Source: a virus
Lineage: Duplodnaviria; Caudoviricetes
Direction: 5' to 3' (one strand)
Virus record (IMG/VR): IMGVR_UViG_3300033121_001033
Location: 8,462-72,461 of that record
Length of the DNA: 64,000 nt
Of the stretch, positions 45,554 to 55,681 are shown piece by piece. How positions within the stretch are numbered: the stretch's first letter is position 1; each line of letters opens with the position of its first letter. The position numbers and the translations under genes were made by a program. Below the pieces are notes generated by a model. The model was not told the origin of the DNA. It saw nothing but the letters and a program-made list of their open reading frames with translations, and searched no databases.

Positions 45554-47734
45554 ATGACAAAAAATAAAGAAGTATCTGATTATACAGAAAAAGATATGGT
45601 TCACAAAGAAGGTGTTGACGCAGTTAGGCAAAATATTGCTATGTATGCTGGCGACACATCTTATAACGGATTTCACCACCTCGGAAGCGAGGTCATTGAC
45701 AACAGCCTGGATGAATGTTTAGCTGGTTATGCGAATAAAATTGACGTTATAATTCATCAAGATGGTTCGTGTACAATAACTGATAATGGTCGTGGTATTC
45801 CGGCAGAAAAACATCCCGATCATCCTGTCTCAACTCTAGAAGTTTCAACAAGCTATTTACATTCTAGTGGAAAGTATACAAAAAACGCATACAAAAAATT
45901 CAGCTCTGGTTTACATGGAATTGGATTAAAACTTGCCAATTTTTGTAGCAATTGGATGGAAATAACAGTACAAAGAGAAGGAAAGAAATACTTCCTTAAA
46001 TACGTAGAAGGTGTTGTAACAGAACCAGTTAAAGTAATTGGTGATAGTAAATTACATGGAACATCAATTAAATTTAAGCCATCTACAAAACTTTTTAGGG
46101 ACGTTGAAAAATTAGACAGACAATGGTTCCTAAAAAGATTACGAGACCTATCATTTTTAAATCCTGGAATAACAATTGTATTTAAAGATGAACGTGATAA
46201 ACCACATGAAGAAACATTTTTCCAACAAAATGGCATCAGTGATTATGTAACTTCACTATGCGGAACTAATTCAACACTTTTGAAAGAGAATTTCAAATTA
46301 GCAATAGTTGAACCTGACGGCATCTTAAAAGAAGACAATACTCAAGAAGATATGAAAGTTGATATAGCTTTCAATTATGTTGAAATGGAAAATGATATTA
46401 TCTTGTCTTTTACCAATAACATTTTTAATAAAGATGGTGGAACACATACTCAGGCATTTCAAACAGCAATAACAAACTGCTTTAATAGTTATTTAAAGAA
46501 AACACCAGATATAATTTCTAAGAAAGACCAAAAAGAACTAGGGGATAAGTCCCTCAGAGGTGAAGACTATAAGCAAGGATTAATTGCAATTATAAGTCTT
46601 AAATTAAGCAGACCACAGTTCGCTGGTCAAACAAAAGATAGATTGACAAATCCAGAAACTCTCGGTGCTGTTAGATCTGCTATTAGTAAACATTTAAATA
46701 AATGGATCGAAGAAAATCCGGGGCTAGCTAAGAAAATAGTTGAAAAGGCTGTTCTAAATTTTAGAGCGTATACAGCTTCTAAAAAAGCTATTGAAAGCAT
46801 TAAGAAGGATAGCAAATCACTTATCGGTAACAATCATAAACTAAAAGATTGCACAGACGACGATCCAGATAATATAGAATTATTTCTAGTAGAAGGAGAT
46901 TCAGCCGCTGGAACCGCAATTAACGGTCGCGATCCAAAAACACAAGCTGTCTTAGCCCTTGGTGGTAAAATTTTAAATACATGGAAAGCCACGACTTCAA
47001 AAATGTTAGAACACGAAGAAGTTGGTTCTATCATAAGGAGTCTAGGCACAGGAATATTAGATAACTTTGATGTTGATAAATGTAAATATGGAAAAATCAT
47101 TCTAATGTGTGACGCTGACGTTGATGGATTACATATTAGAACTCTGCTATTAACGTTTTTGTTTCAACGAATGAGAAAACTTATTGAAAACGGTAAAGTT
47201 TTCATAGCACAATCACCATTATTTAAATTACAACGAACAGACAAATTTATTAAATGTCAGATTTGTGAAAATAAAAAGGCACTTGTTGAAAATTGCGGCG
47301 CCTGCTCTGGAAATGGTAAAGCACAAGATTACATTCTTACCAATGAAGATTTTGATGACAAATTAATTGAAATTGGTGCTGATGGAATGGATATACAAGA
47401 TGCAAGTGGCAAGACAATTAAATACACTAAAGGACTTACTGGAAAAGGAAAGATTAGTCTTAATGGAAAATCAACAGCAATAGATTTTAGTAAATTACCT
47501 CCAATATTAATGCAGATTGGACAAAAACGTGTAGAAGTTACACGATTCAAAGGATTAGGCGAGCTAGATGCTAGCCAATTGTATTGGACAAGTATGCATC
47601 CAGAGAAGCGTAGATTGTTACAGATTAATATTAAAGATATTAATAACACTACACAATTGTTAGAAACATTAATGGGTAATGATTCCAATAAACGAAAGAC
47701 TTTTATCTCAGAAAAACTACATAAGGATCAATAA
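45554..47734 (+). CDS. gyrB: DNA gyrase/type IIA topoisomerase subunit B
   Basis: EVIDNSLDE, DNGRGIP, GLHGIG, EGDSA, DADVDG, RFKGLGE. Confidence 0.95.
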   Translation: MTKNKEVSDYTEKDMVHKEGVDAVRQNIAMYAGDTSYNGFHHLGSEVIDNSLDECLAGYANKIDVIIHQDGSCTITDNGRGIPAEKHPDHPVSTLEVSTSYLHSSGKYTKNAYKKFSSGLHGIGLKLANFCSNWMEITVQREGKKYFLKYVEGVVTEPVKVIGDSKLHGTSIKFKPSTKLFRDVEKLDRQWFLKRLRDLSFLNPGITIVFKDERDKPHEETFFQQNGISDYVTSLCGTNSTLLKENFKLAIVEPDGILKEDNTQEDMKVDIAFNYVEMENDIILSFTNNIFNKDGGTHTQAFQTAITNCFNSYLKKTPDIISKKDQKELGDKSLRGEDYKQGLIAIISLKLSRPQFAGQTKDRLTNPETLGAVRSAISKHLNKWIEENPGLAKKIVEKAVLNFRAYTASKKAIESIKKDSKSLIGNNHKLKDCTDDDPDNIELFLVEGDSAAGTAINGRDPKTQAVLALGGKILNTWKATTSKMLEHEEVGSIIRSLGTGILDNFDVDKCKYGKIILMCDADVDGLHIRTLLLTFLFQRMRKLIENGKVFIAQSPLFKLQRTDKFIKCQICENKKALVENCGACSGNGKAQDYILTNEDFDDKLIEIGADGMDIQDASGKTIKYTKGLTGKGKISLNGKSTAIDFSKLPPILMQIGQKRVEVTRFKGLGELDASQLYWTSMHPEKRRLLQINIKDINNTTQLLETLMGNDSNKRKTFISEKLHKDQ

Positions 47735-50161
47735 ATGGAATATATAGATATTAATGATGAATTATCAAATAGTTATTTAGATTATTCATTAAATGTGTTA
47801 ACAGATAGAGCCATCCCTGATATTAGGGATGGATTAAAACCTTCTCATAGAAGATTATTAATCTCTATGAATGACTTAAATCTTTATCCCAATAAAAAGT
47901 CAGTTAAGTCCGCCACAATAGTTGGACAATGTCTGGCATTTTACCATCCGCACTCTGACGCATCAGCATATGGTACGATGGTTAGAATGGCACAACCTTT
48001 CTCTCTTCGGTATCCCCTAATAAAAGGACAGGGAAATTTTGGTAACGTTGGCGGAAGTCCAGCTGCTGCAATGCGTTATACAGAAGCCAGAATGAGCAAT
48101 GCCTGTGAAGATCTTCTGGATGATTTACAAGTAGATGGAAAATGGACAGTTAAAGTTGCTAAAAACTTTGACGGATCACGCGATGAACCAACAGTGTTAC
48201 CAAGTAAATTTCCCAATTTATTAGCTAATGGTTCTGAAGGTATTGCTGTTGGATGGGCGACATCAATTCTACCACACAATATTAAAGAATTAAGCGCCGC
48301 TTTAGTTGAGATGGTTAAAGATCCTAATATTACAGATGATAATTTACTTAAATTAATTACAGGTCCTGATTTTCCAACTGGTGGTATTATTCACGGAAGG
48401 GATGGAATCAAAAAACTATTTACAACAGGTAGTGGGACTTTAGTTGTTACTGGAAGAACAGTTATTGACCAATCGGGTAAAAATTCAACAATAACAGTTA
48501 AAGACCTTCCATATGGTGTTACAACCAACAGTTTCCTAGAAAAAGCTGATCAAGCCTTTAGAGATGGAAAACTTACTGGTGTTTCACACCTTAAAGATGC
48601 ATCTTCTGAACGAGCAGGTGACCCTGTAAATGTAATTTTTTATCTCAAAAAGGGCGAAGATCCTAATACTGTATTGAATCAGTTATATGAAAATACACAA
48701 CTTAAAACTACAGTTAGCGGTAATATGATTGCCCTTATAGACGGACCTGGTGGACAAAGAATTCCGTCTAAGTGTCCATTGCCAATGCGTAGATTAATGT
48801 CTGATTGGATTGCTTTTAGAAAATCAGTTGTAAAACAAAAATCACAAATTCAATTAGAAACTACGAAAAAAGATATTGAAAAATTAGAAGCCTTACATAA
48901 AGCAGTTGATCCTCTTAAAATAGATGCAGTAATAAAAATAATAAAAGAGGGTGATGACGAGGCAGATGTAATTAGTAAATTAACTAAACTTTTAGAGATT
49001 AATGAAATACAGGCTAAATATATCCTTGACATAACGTTACGTAAACTAATGAAATTAGAACGAGATACGTTAGCTAAAAATCTTGAAAGTAAAAAAGCTA
49101 CAGCTAAACGACTTGAAGCGATTATTAATGATCCAAAAGAAGTAGATGCAATAATAATAAATGAACTTCAAGCAATTTCCAAGAAATATGGTGACGAGCG
49201 TAAAACCGAAATTCGTGGAGCACTAAAAGAGGTTGATCCTTTAGACACCATTAAACAAGAAGATGTTGTAGTTACACTTACACAATCTGGTTATGTCAAA
49301 CGTACTCTATTGAGTGATTATCGTCAAACCGGACGTGGAACTAAAGGTGTTATCTCAAATGTCCCAGATGAAGATACGGTTACCAAAGTATTAACTACTA
49401 CAACGCATGATGATTTATTAATCTTTACGAATGGTGGTAATGTTCATAGTATTAAAGTACATCAGATTCCAGAAAGCTCAAGAACAGCAAAAGGCCGATC
49501 TTTAGTTAATCTAGTTGAATTAGGAACTGAAAAAGTTGTCAATGTACTACCTGTTTCTAATTATGATGGTGCATTATTATTCGGAACCCGTAATGGTCTA
49601 ATTAAGAAGACTATGTTGTCAGAATATACCGATATTAATAGACGAGGCATTACGGCTATAAAATTGAATCCAGAGGATGCATTGGTTGCTGTTTGTCAAG
49701 AAACAGGTGATCAGATATTATTTGTAACACAAAATGGAAATGCAGTTAGAATTCCGACAGATCAAGTAAGTTCACAAGGGCGAGCTACGTTAGGTAAACG
49801 TGGAATCAAACTGAAAGATAATGATATGATTTGTGCAATGCATAGTATTACAAAAGATGACACACGTTTCTTGTCTACAGTGTCACGCGCCGGATGTGGT
49901 AAACTAACTCCTCTTTCAGAGTATCCAGAACATAATTGTGCAACAAGCGGTGTTCTTACCTCACTGGTAACTGATGATTCTTCAAAACTTGCTACGGCAC
50001 TAGTTGTTACAAAAGATGACAGTTTATTAATTACTACAAACTATGGAAAAATAGTTCGCATAGAAACAAAGGATATTCGAGTGTCTGATCGAAGAACTAA
50101 AGGTGTTAAGTTAATGAATCTAGATGAGAATCACTCAGTAAGTAATGCAACAGTAGTATGA
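47735..50161 (+). CDS. gyrA: DNA gyrase subunit A with beta-pinwheel CTD
   Basis: RDGLKP, YHPHSD, AAMRYTE (catalytic Tyr), GyrA-box-like RQTGRGTKG, six CTD blades. Confidence 0.95.
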   Translation: MEYIDINDELSNSYLDYSLNVLTDRAIPDIRDGLKPSHRRLLISMNDLNLYPNKKSVKSATIVGQCLAFYHPHSDASAYGTMVRMAQPFSLRYPLIKGQGNFGNVGGSPAAAMRYTEARMSNACEDLLDDLQVDGKWTVKVAKNFDGSRDEPTVLPSKFPNLLANGSEGIAVGWATSILPHNIKELSAALVEMVKDPNITDDNLLKLITGPDFPTGGIIHGRDGIKKLFTTGSGTLVVTGRTVIDQSGKNSTITVKDLPYGVTTNSFLEKADQAFRDGKLTGVSHLKDASSERAGDPVNVIFYLKKGEDPNTVLNQLYENTQLKTTVSGNMIALIDGPGGQRIPSKCPLPMRRLMSDWIAFRKSVVKQKSQIQLETTKKDIEKLEALHKAVDPLKIDAVIKIIKEGDDEADVISKLTKLLEINEIQAKYILDITLRKLMKLERDTLAKNLESKKATAKRLEAIINDPKEVDAIIINELQAISKKYGDERKTEIRGALKEVDPLDTIKQEDVVVTLTQSGYVKRTLLSDYRQTGRGTKGVISNVPDEDTVTKVLTTTTHDDLLIFTNGGNVHSIKVHQIPESSRTAKGRSLVNLVELGTEKVVNVLPVSNYDGALLFGTRNGLIKKTMLSEYTDINRRGITAIKLNPEDALVAVCQETGDQILFVTQNGNAVRIPTDQVSSQGRATLGKRGIKLKDNDMICAMHSITKDDTRFLSTVSRAGCGKLTPLSEYPEHNCATSGVLTSLVTDDSSKLATALVVTKDDSLLITTNYGKIVRIETKDIRVSDRRTKGVKLMNLDENHSVSNATVV

Positions 50162-50424
50162 ATCGTGAAAGCTTAATTAGAAGCATCCTAGATGAATTAA
50201 TATCTAGGATGCCTTTTTTAGAGTATGTATATTACGGCGCTCTCTTTTTGATACATAGGGATCATCCAAATTTAATAATTATAGGAGAGAGCTATAATAA
50301 AAATTATCTATTATACTTTTACTATAAAGATGACAATAATTATGATGCTGTCAGTATAAACAATCCTGAATTCTTTGAAAAAGTTGAAAAAGAGATTCGC
50401 GATATTTGTAAAATGTTTGAGTAG
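50158..50424 (+). CDS. DP-motif family small protein
   Basis: SINNPEFFEKVEKEI. Confidence 0.6.
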   Translation: MNRESLIRSILDELISRMPFLEYVYYGALFLIHRDHPNLIIIGESYNKNYLLYFYYKDDNNYDAVSINNPEFFEKVEKEIRDICKMFE

Positions 50425-50469
50425 CTTCCATTTATATATGTAGTCGTTATAATATAATGGGGTGTAATT

Positions 50470-51177
50470 ATGGATGTTAATATGTTTCAGGAACTTCCTG
50501 ATAATAAACAAAAAGAAGTTAGACAAAAATTAAATAGAGCTATTGTACGATTATCCAAACCCGGATCTCAAAGTAATACCCAACTTCTTTGGAAACTATC
50601 TGATAAAATCCACTCAAAACCAAAGATTAATGATGATAATATTGTTATTAAAAAACTATTAAATAAATACGAAAAATCCAATAAACATGATAAAGTTCGT
50701 GGACTGTTGAGTAGGAACCCAGAGCTTAGAAATTATAAACCGTTCGAATTAAAACAAAATGGCGATGGGAGTTGGGCATTAAACGATAAATACGCTGTTA
50801 TGCCTAATAATGATGATACTTATCATATAACTAAAGATGGAAAGAAAATAGGAAGTTCTCATGCTATTAGCACATATGGTAAAAAAATATCTAATATGTT
50901 TCCCCCAAGTGAAGTTACTGGAAAAAATCTAGCTCCCAATATTTACAAAATACTTAATTATTTGCATAAAGGTATAGAAAGCGATCAAAGTGTAACACTC
51001 CGTCCTGCCGTTAGACTTTGGGACAAATTAGTCCAGCAAGGACTGGCTGATAAAATGACTGATAAGAGCGGGAATCCAATTTTAAATAGTAGTGGAGATC
51101 AACGTTATAAAATGTTTCATCATAATACCAAACCTTTAATCGATAAACTTAAAAACATTCAATCTAAACAACAATGA
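50470..51177 (+). CDS. GNAT-like paralog 1
   Basis: GKNLAPNIYKILNYLHKGIESD...LWDKL...QRYKMF. Confidence 0.55.
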   Translation: MDVNMFQELPDNKQKEVRQKLNRAIVRLSKPGSQSNTQLLWKLSDKIHSKPKINDDNIVIKKLLNKYEKSNKHDKVRGLLSRNPELRNYKPFELKQNGDGSWALNDKYAVMPNNDDTYHITKDGKKIGSSHAISTYGKKISNMFPPSEVTGKNLAPNIYKILNYLHKGIESDQSVTLRPAVRLWDKLVQQGLADKMTDKSGNPILNSSGDQRYKMFHHNTKPLIDKLKNIQSKQQ

Positions 51178-51220
51178 TGCTAAAACATAGCTAACCTCAT
51201 GATTTGTATGAGGTTCGACT

Positions 51221-51670
51221 ATGTATAGAGAAAATATAATTTTAAATGAAATTGCAGACAAATTACAATCTGAGTACCCTGATTTAAATATTATCTCCAC
51301 CCATGACACTATTTATATTTGTATTGATATAGTTACTTATCATAGAATGATTCTCATACAAAATCGATTAGACAATGTTGATCTATCAGATCCAGATCTT
51401 TTTAAAAAACTTTCTGATATTGTTAACACTATTAAAGAACAATTTATTTATAATAAAATTCTCGAAGAAATATATAATAAATATATCACAATCCTACCAG
51501 AACTTACTCTTACAAAAAATAAATTATATCTAGAACGAGACAACACAAATTTTACAGAAGACGTTGTTACTGTATACGCCTGGCAGAAAACCATTCAAAT
51601 CAGCAGTCAATTTTCAGGTCTGGCTAGATTTATTAAAAATCCCTCAAATTACGGAATTGTTATCGTATGA
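51221..51670 (+). CDS. DP-motif family protein (internally duplicated domain)
   Basis: DLSDPDLFKKL followed by a second IYNKILEEIYNKY start. Confidence 0.6.
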   Translation: MYRENIILNEIADKLQSEYPDLNIISTHDTIYICIDIVTYHRMILIQNRLDNVDLSDPDLFKKLSDIVNTIKEQFIYNKILEEIYNKYITILPELTLTKNKLYLERDNTNFTEDVVTVYAWQKTIQISSQFSGLARFIKNPSNYGIVIV

Positions 51671-51954
51671 GTCTTATTTTAGAAGTAGTTAAACGAGAGG
51701 CCAGGAAACAAAAATATTATTATAGAACCTGCAATGATGCGGTTCTGCTTTCAAGATTTAAGCCGCCTTGGTATATAGGTGACATATTTGCTGAATTTAA
51801 TACCGTAGATCAGACCTTTTACCTATACAATAAATCATATCCTTTATTTAATAAACATACTAGTGCCATATTATCCATTTCGGATCCCGAATGTTTTAAA
51901 AAACTTAAACAACATAGCAAAAGATTTAGGAAAAGTAAATCATGCTGGGATTAG
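51667..51954 (+). CDS. DP-motif family small protein
   Basis: SISDPECFKKL. Confidence 0.6.
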   Translation: MSLILEVVKREARKQKYYYRTCNDAVLLSRFKPPWYIGDIFAEFNTVDQTFYLYNKSYPLFNKHTSAILSISDPECFKKLKQHSKRFRKSKSCWD

Positions 51955-52223
51955 AAATATTAAAATATTTAGGTAAAAAATTTAATTTTAATAGTTCGGT
52001 AAATTATTATTACAAATCATTTAGCCTATTATATTATAATCATAGTTTTAATGAGTTGTCTTTATTAACAATAGGTGACACTCCCACTATTAATATAAAT
52101 AGTCCAACTTTTCTCACAGATCTTGAGAATTATATTATCTACCTCAAAAATTTTATTGATCAGTATCCATCAATTTATTACTCTTTAAAAGATGAGAAAA
52201 TTTCATCCATTGTACTATGTTAA
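51942..52223 (+). CDS. DP-motif family small protein
   Basis: NINSPTFLTDLENYI. Confidence 0.55.
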   Translation: MLGLEILKYLGKKFNFNSSVNYYYKSFSLLYYNHSFNELSLLTIGDTPTININSPTFLTDLENYIIYLKNFIDQYPSIYYSLKDEKISSIVLC

Positions 52224-52492
52224 TAAATACAGTTTTCGAATACTTTAAACAACGATATCCCGAATTTTCACTAGAGACACGATTCGGTAGACATGAATTA
52301 TATCATCCAAACGATAAAAGTCGTTTTGTTTTAATATATTCTTCTTCTCATAATAATAAACCTATCATATATTATCGATCGTCTAATCATCCATACAATT
52401 ATAAATATTTAACTTTTAATAATCCTGAAATGATAACAATTATTAACAATACTATAATGGATTTTTTAAATGATACTAAAAACTTTATTTGA
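52217..52492 (+). CDS. DP-motif family small protein
   Basis: TFNNPEMITIINNTI. Confidence 0.6.
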   Translation: MLINTVFEYFKQRYPEFSLETRFGRHELYHPNDKSRFVLIYSSSHNNKPIIYYRSSNHPYNYKYLTFNNPEMITIINNTIMDFLNDTKNFI

Positions 52493-52688
52493 ATATTTAG
52501 CTCAAAAATATAAACTTAAGTTAGTTCACATACCTAATTATATTTATTTGTCAAACAATAATATTATTCTAGATAGTTTTGGTGATGCTGTTTATTGCGA
52601 TGCTAATTATGGTTTAGTATCTATTTCTGATCCAGAATGTCTACCTAAAATAGAAGAATATTTAAATAGAAAAGTATATGGTATCTAA
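52470..52688 (+). CDS. DP-motif family small protein
   Basis: SISDPECLPKIEEYL. Confidence 0.6.
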   Translation: MILKTLFEYLAQKYKLKLVHIPNYIYLSNNNIILDSFGDAVYCDANYGLVSISDPECLPKIEEYLNRKVYGI

Positions 52689-52923
52689 AGAAATTACCGA
52701 TTATTTGAATAAAAAATTTCCTGTTTTGAAAAATATATTTGATTGTGAGTTACATAGCTCGGTATTTGGAATTTCAATATTTATTTATGACAATGAAATA
52801 GCATATTATTCGAGAAGTTCAAATAGAGTATTATTTAATTTAGCTGACCCAGAAAGTCTCAAGCAGATAGAACTAAATATTTATAGAGATTTAGGGAATA
52901 GTGGTAATAAAACAATTATATAA
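52678..52923 (+). CDS. DP-motif family small protein
   Basis: NLADPESLKQIELNI. Confidence 0.6.
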   Translation: MVSKEITDYLNKKFPVLKNIFDCELHSSVFGISIFIYDNEIAYYSRSSNRVLFNLADPESLKQIELNIYRDLGNSGNKTII

Positions 52924-52963
52924 AGTAAATTAATATTGTATACTCTATTAGGAGACAATATTT

Positions 52964-53788
52964 ATGATACGAAATCTATTACATACTATAACTAACGTAC
53001 CCGATACTGTATTAGAGTCTGAAAACGATTTAGAAGGGCTGCCCGCCTCAGAATTAGAGAAATTGTATCATAAATTAAAAAATACAAGTAGTAACATCTC
53101 TTATAAAGACTATGATACTCCTAAAGCAGTTCTATCTCGTAATTATTTAGGCAAACTTAACCAAGCTTTACAAAAGTATTACAATCCAAACGATAACAAA
53201 CCAAAAAGTTCAAATAGTATCGAGAGAGAATTATATTACAAATACAGAAACAGTCCGAATGAAAAGAAACAAGGACGCTCTGGAAAAATAGCAAGAACAA
53301 AACCAGAAATTCTCAAAGGCAGTTATGATATTCCGCCTGCTGGCATTAAATCTCACGGCGCTTATAAACTATCAGATAGATATAAATTATTTAAAAGAAA
53401 TGCAGATCAACGACAAGCTTATCAAGTAGTTAAACATGGTAAAACTTATGGAAATGCAACTGTTAAAAATAAAGGTTCTTATCAAACACCGGAAATTGGC
53501 GGAATGTATTTATACGGAGCAAAAGGCCAAAATTTAGCGCCCGCAATTTACAGAACATTAAATAATATCCATAAAGGTATTAGTAGTGACTCAAGCTCAA
53601 CATCTAAAGATGCACAAGCTGTTTGGAAAAGATTAGTGCGTCATCATTTAGCCGAGCCCATGCGATGGCGTGATGATAGGCCAGCAAAGAACTACAATGG
53701 TGATCAGAGATATAAAATGTTCTATAACAACATAGCTAAAAATGTAAATAAACTTAGAAAATTAAATAATGAAAATAACAAACATTGA
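52964..53788 (+). CDS. GNAT-like paralog 2
   Basis: GAKGQNLAPAIYRTLNNIHKGISSD...AQAVWKRL...QRYKMF. Confidence 0.55.
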   Translation: MIRNLLHTITNVPDTVLESENDLEGLPASELEKLYHKLKNTSSNISYKDYDTPKAVLSRNYLGKLNQALQKYYNPNDNKPKSSNSIERELYYKYRNSPNEKKQGRSGKIARTKPEILKGSYDIPPAGIKSHGAYKLSDRYKLFKRNADQRQAYQVVKHGKTYGNATVKNKGSYQTPEIGGMYLYGAKGQNLAPAIYRTLNNIHKGISSDSSSTSKDAQAVWKRLVRHHLAEPMRWRDDRPAKNYNGDQRYKMFYNNIAKNVNKLRKLNNENNKH

Positions 53789-54221
53789 TATTTATAACGA
53801 CATAATAAAATTTGTACACGAAAAAATTCCGTTTACAATATTTCACAGCTATAAAACAGCATACCATGATTATTTACATTATGAAATTCGATACAAGAAT
53901 GAAGTTTTACTTTCAGTAAGATATGAATCATTATATTTAATAGAATTTGTTAAAACATTTCCTCGTGGAGAAAGCGAAAGCAAAATAAAACAATCTATTT
54001 CAAATAATTTAAATGATCCAGAATTCTTAAATGTATTAATTAATTATCTCATGCGTATAATAAATTTAATTGACATTAAAGAACATCTAAAAGAATTTTA
54101 TATCGTCGATGAGAAGATTTATACTTCTAATGATGTTGTAGTTTCTAAAGAGTTGCATGATATGATACTTCCATATATTGGCTTTTTTGATTTAGAAGAA
54201 ATTTTTGATGAGAGTGCTTAA
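53769..54221 (+). CDS. DP-motif family protein
   Basis: NLNDPEFLNVLINYL. Confidence 0.6.
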   Translation: MKITNIDIYNDIIKFVHEKIPFTIFHSYKTAYHDYLHYEIRYKNEVLLSVRYESLYLIEFVKTFPRGESESKIKQSISNNLNDPEFLNVLINYLMRIINLIDIKEHLKEFYIVDEKIYTSNDVVVSKELHDMILPYIGFFDLEEIFDESA

Positions 54222-54222
54222 T

Positions 54223-54433
54223 ATGATTCATCAGTATCTTGTTGAATATATAAAATCCAAAAATATGCATTTATGGATTGGAATGGTACGAGATTGGGAA
54301 AATAGAAATATGGTTTGGTGATGATTTTATTTGTTTAGATAATGAAATCGTAGAGTTTAGTGACCCTCATTTAATTTCCAAAATTGATAATAAAATTTTG
54401 GAGTACAAAAACGCAGCATTACAAAGTCTATAA
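54223..54433 (+). pseudogene. Frameshifted DP-motif paralog of the 58088 gene
   Basis: MIHQYLVEYIKSK frame stops at 54319-21; the +1 frame carries FGDDFICLDNEIVEFSDPHLISKIDNKI. Confidence 0.6.
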
Positions 54434-54461
54434 TATATAACAAGAATATAGGAGTACGGTA

Positions 54462-54794
54462 TTGAAAACTGATATCATCCCATCTAATAATATGATATAT
54501 GAAGCAATATTAAATTATCTTGTAGATAAAATTCCAAATACATATATCGGAAAATATCCAGAGGCTGGTCCAGCTTTCGGTAATATGTTAATTGCTAAGG
54601 GAATTAATAAATTAGATGAACATTTGTTTTGGCATCATATACCAAGTAATGCTTTTTATGTAAGAAGACAATTTAATCGAGGAGCTTATGAAAAGCCAAT
54701 TACACCTGTTGATTTAGCTGACCCTGAATTCTTATATAAGATAGAAATGCAAATAAAGGAATTTTTAACACAATGTTATACGAAGTTATCTTAA
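54462..54794 (+). CDS. DP-motif family small protein
   Basis: MIYEAILNYLVDKIP...DLADPEFLYKIEMQI. Confidence 0.65.
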   Translation: MKTDIIPSNNMIYEAILNYLVDKIPNTYIGKYPEAGPAFGNMLIAKGINKLDEHLFWHHIPSNAFYVRRQFNRGAYEKPITPVDLADPEFLYKIEMQIKEFLTQCYTKLS

Positions 54795-55036
54795 AATATT
54801 TAGAAGATAAAATCCCCCATACTCAAATATCTGAAATGGATACTACAAGAACTGGACTGATCTTAAAATCAGAACCAGAGCTATTTCTTTTTTGGGAATA
54901 CAATGAAACATACTATATTAGAGAAAACACGGGTTTAAATTTTTCAAAAGTAAATCTCTCAGATCCTAATATTCTAAATTATATAGAAACTAAACTTAAA
55001 AATTATATTAATATGAGAACTAAATATGAATGCTAA
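54773..55036 (+). CDS. DP-motif family small protein
   Basis: MLYEVILKYLEDKIP...NLSDPNILNYIETKL. Confidence 0.65.
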   Translation: MLYEVILKYLEDKIPHTQISEMDTTRTGLILKSEPELFLFWEYNETYYIRENTGLNFSKVNLSDPNILNYIETKLKNYINMRTKYEC

Positions 55037-55289
55037 CTATATTCCTAAACAAATTCTTATAGAATTAAATAATAAATTTCCCACCACACAATTAAAATTA
55101 ATTGATTCTCCAGAGCATCTGTACGAATATTTATTATCATACGATGGTATAAAGTTATATTATACTCGAAACGGAGAACTCAGATCTGGATTAATGACAA
55201 TAGATTTGGCCGATCCTAATATAATACAGAACATAGAAAATGATATTAAGGAAACCATAAAACTGTTCTCACTAAAAGGGATTACATAA
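55026..55289 (+). CDS. DP-motif family small protein
   Basis: DLADPNIIQNIENDI. Confidence 0.65.
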   Translation: MNANYIPKQILIELNNKFPTTQLKLIDSPEHLYEYLLSYDGIKLYYTRNGELRSGLMTIDLADPNIIQNIENDIKETIKLFSLKGIT

Positions 55290-55621
55290 TGAATTACAAT
55301 GAGATATTAAATCAGATTGTAATAGAACTTCATAATAAATTTCCAGGTACTGAGTTAGAAACGGGTGTTACAGATTATAAACAATTGAACTGTGTTAGAT
55401 TGCGATACAAAGCATTACTAATTATTACTACATGGAACTCTCGTCTTACATTAAAGATTGTTGAAAGCGAAAATAATAATAAACCAATGTCTTTGTCAGA
55501 TCCTAATTTTATGAACGAACTAATGTCTAAAGTACAGCGCACGATTAATAACATAGATGCTGGAAATCGCAGCAATTTTTGTTTCAAGGATTTTTTAAAT
55601 AATGAGTTTATCTATGAGTAA
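55289..55621 (+). CDS. DP-motif family small protein
   Basis: SLSDPNFMNELMSKV. Confidence 0.65.
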   Translation: MNYNEILNQIVIELHNKFPGTELETGVTDYKQLNCVRLRYKALLIITTWNSRLTLKIVESENNNKPMSLSDPNFMNELMSKVQRTINNIDAGNRSNFCFKDFLNNEFIYE

Positions 55622-55681
55622 TTCTGTTTTCTATAAAATTTAAAAATATACCAATGAATTACAATAAATTTTAAATAAATT

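Noticed and set aside
45853-49032. Minus-strand ORFs inside gyrB/gyrA
   Set aside because: Antisense to well-conserved genes; no motifs
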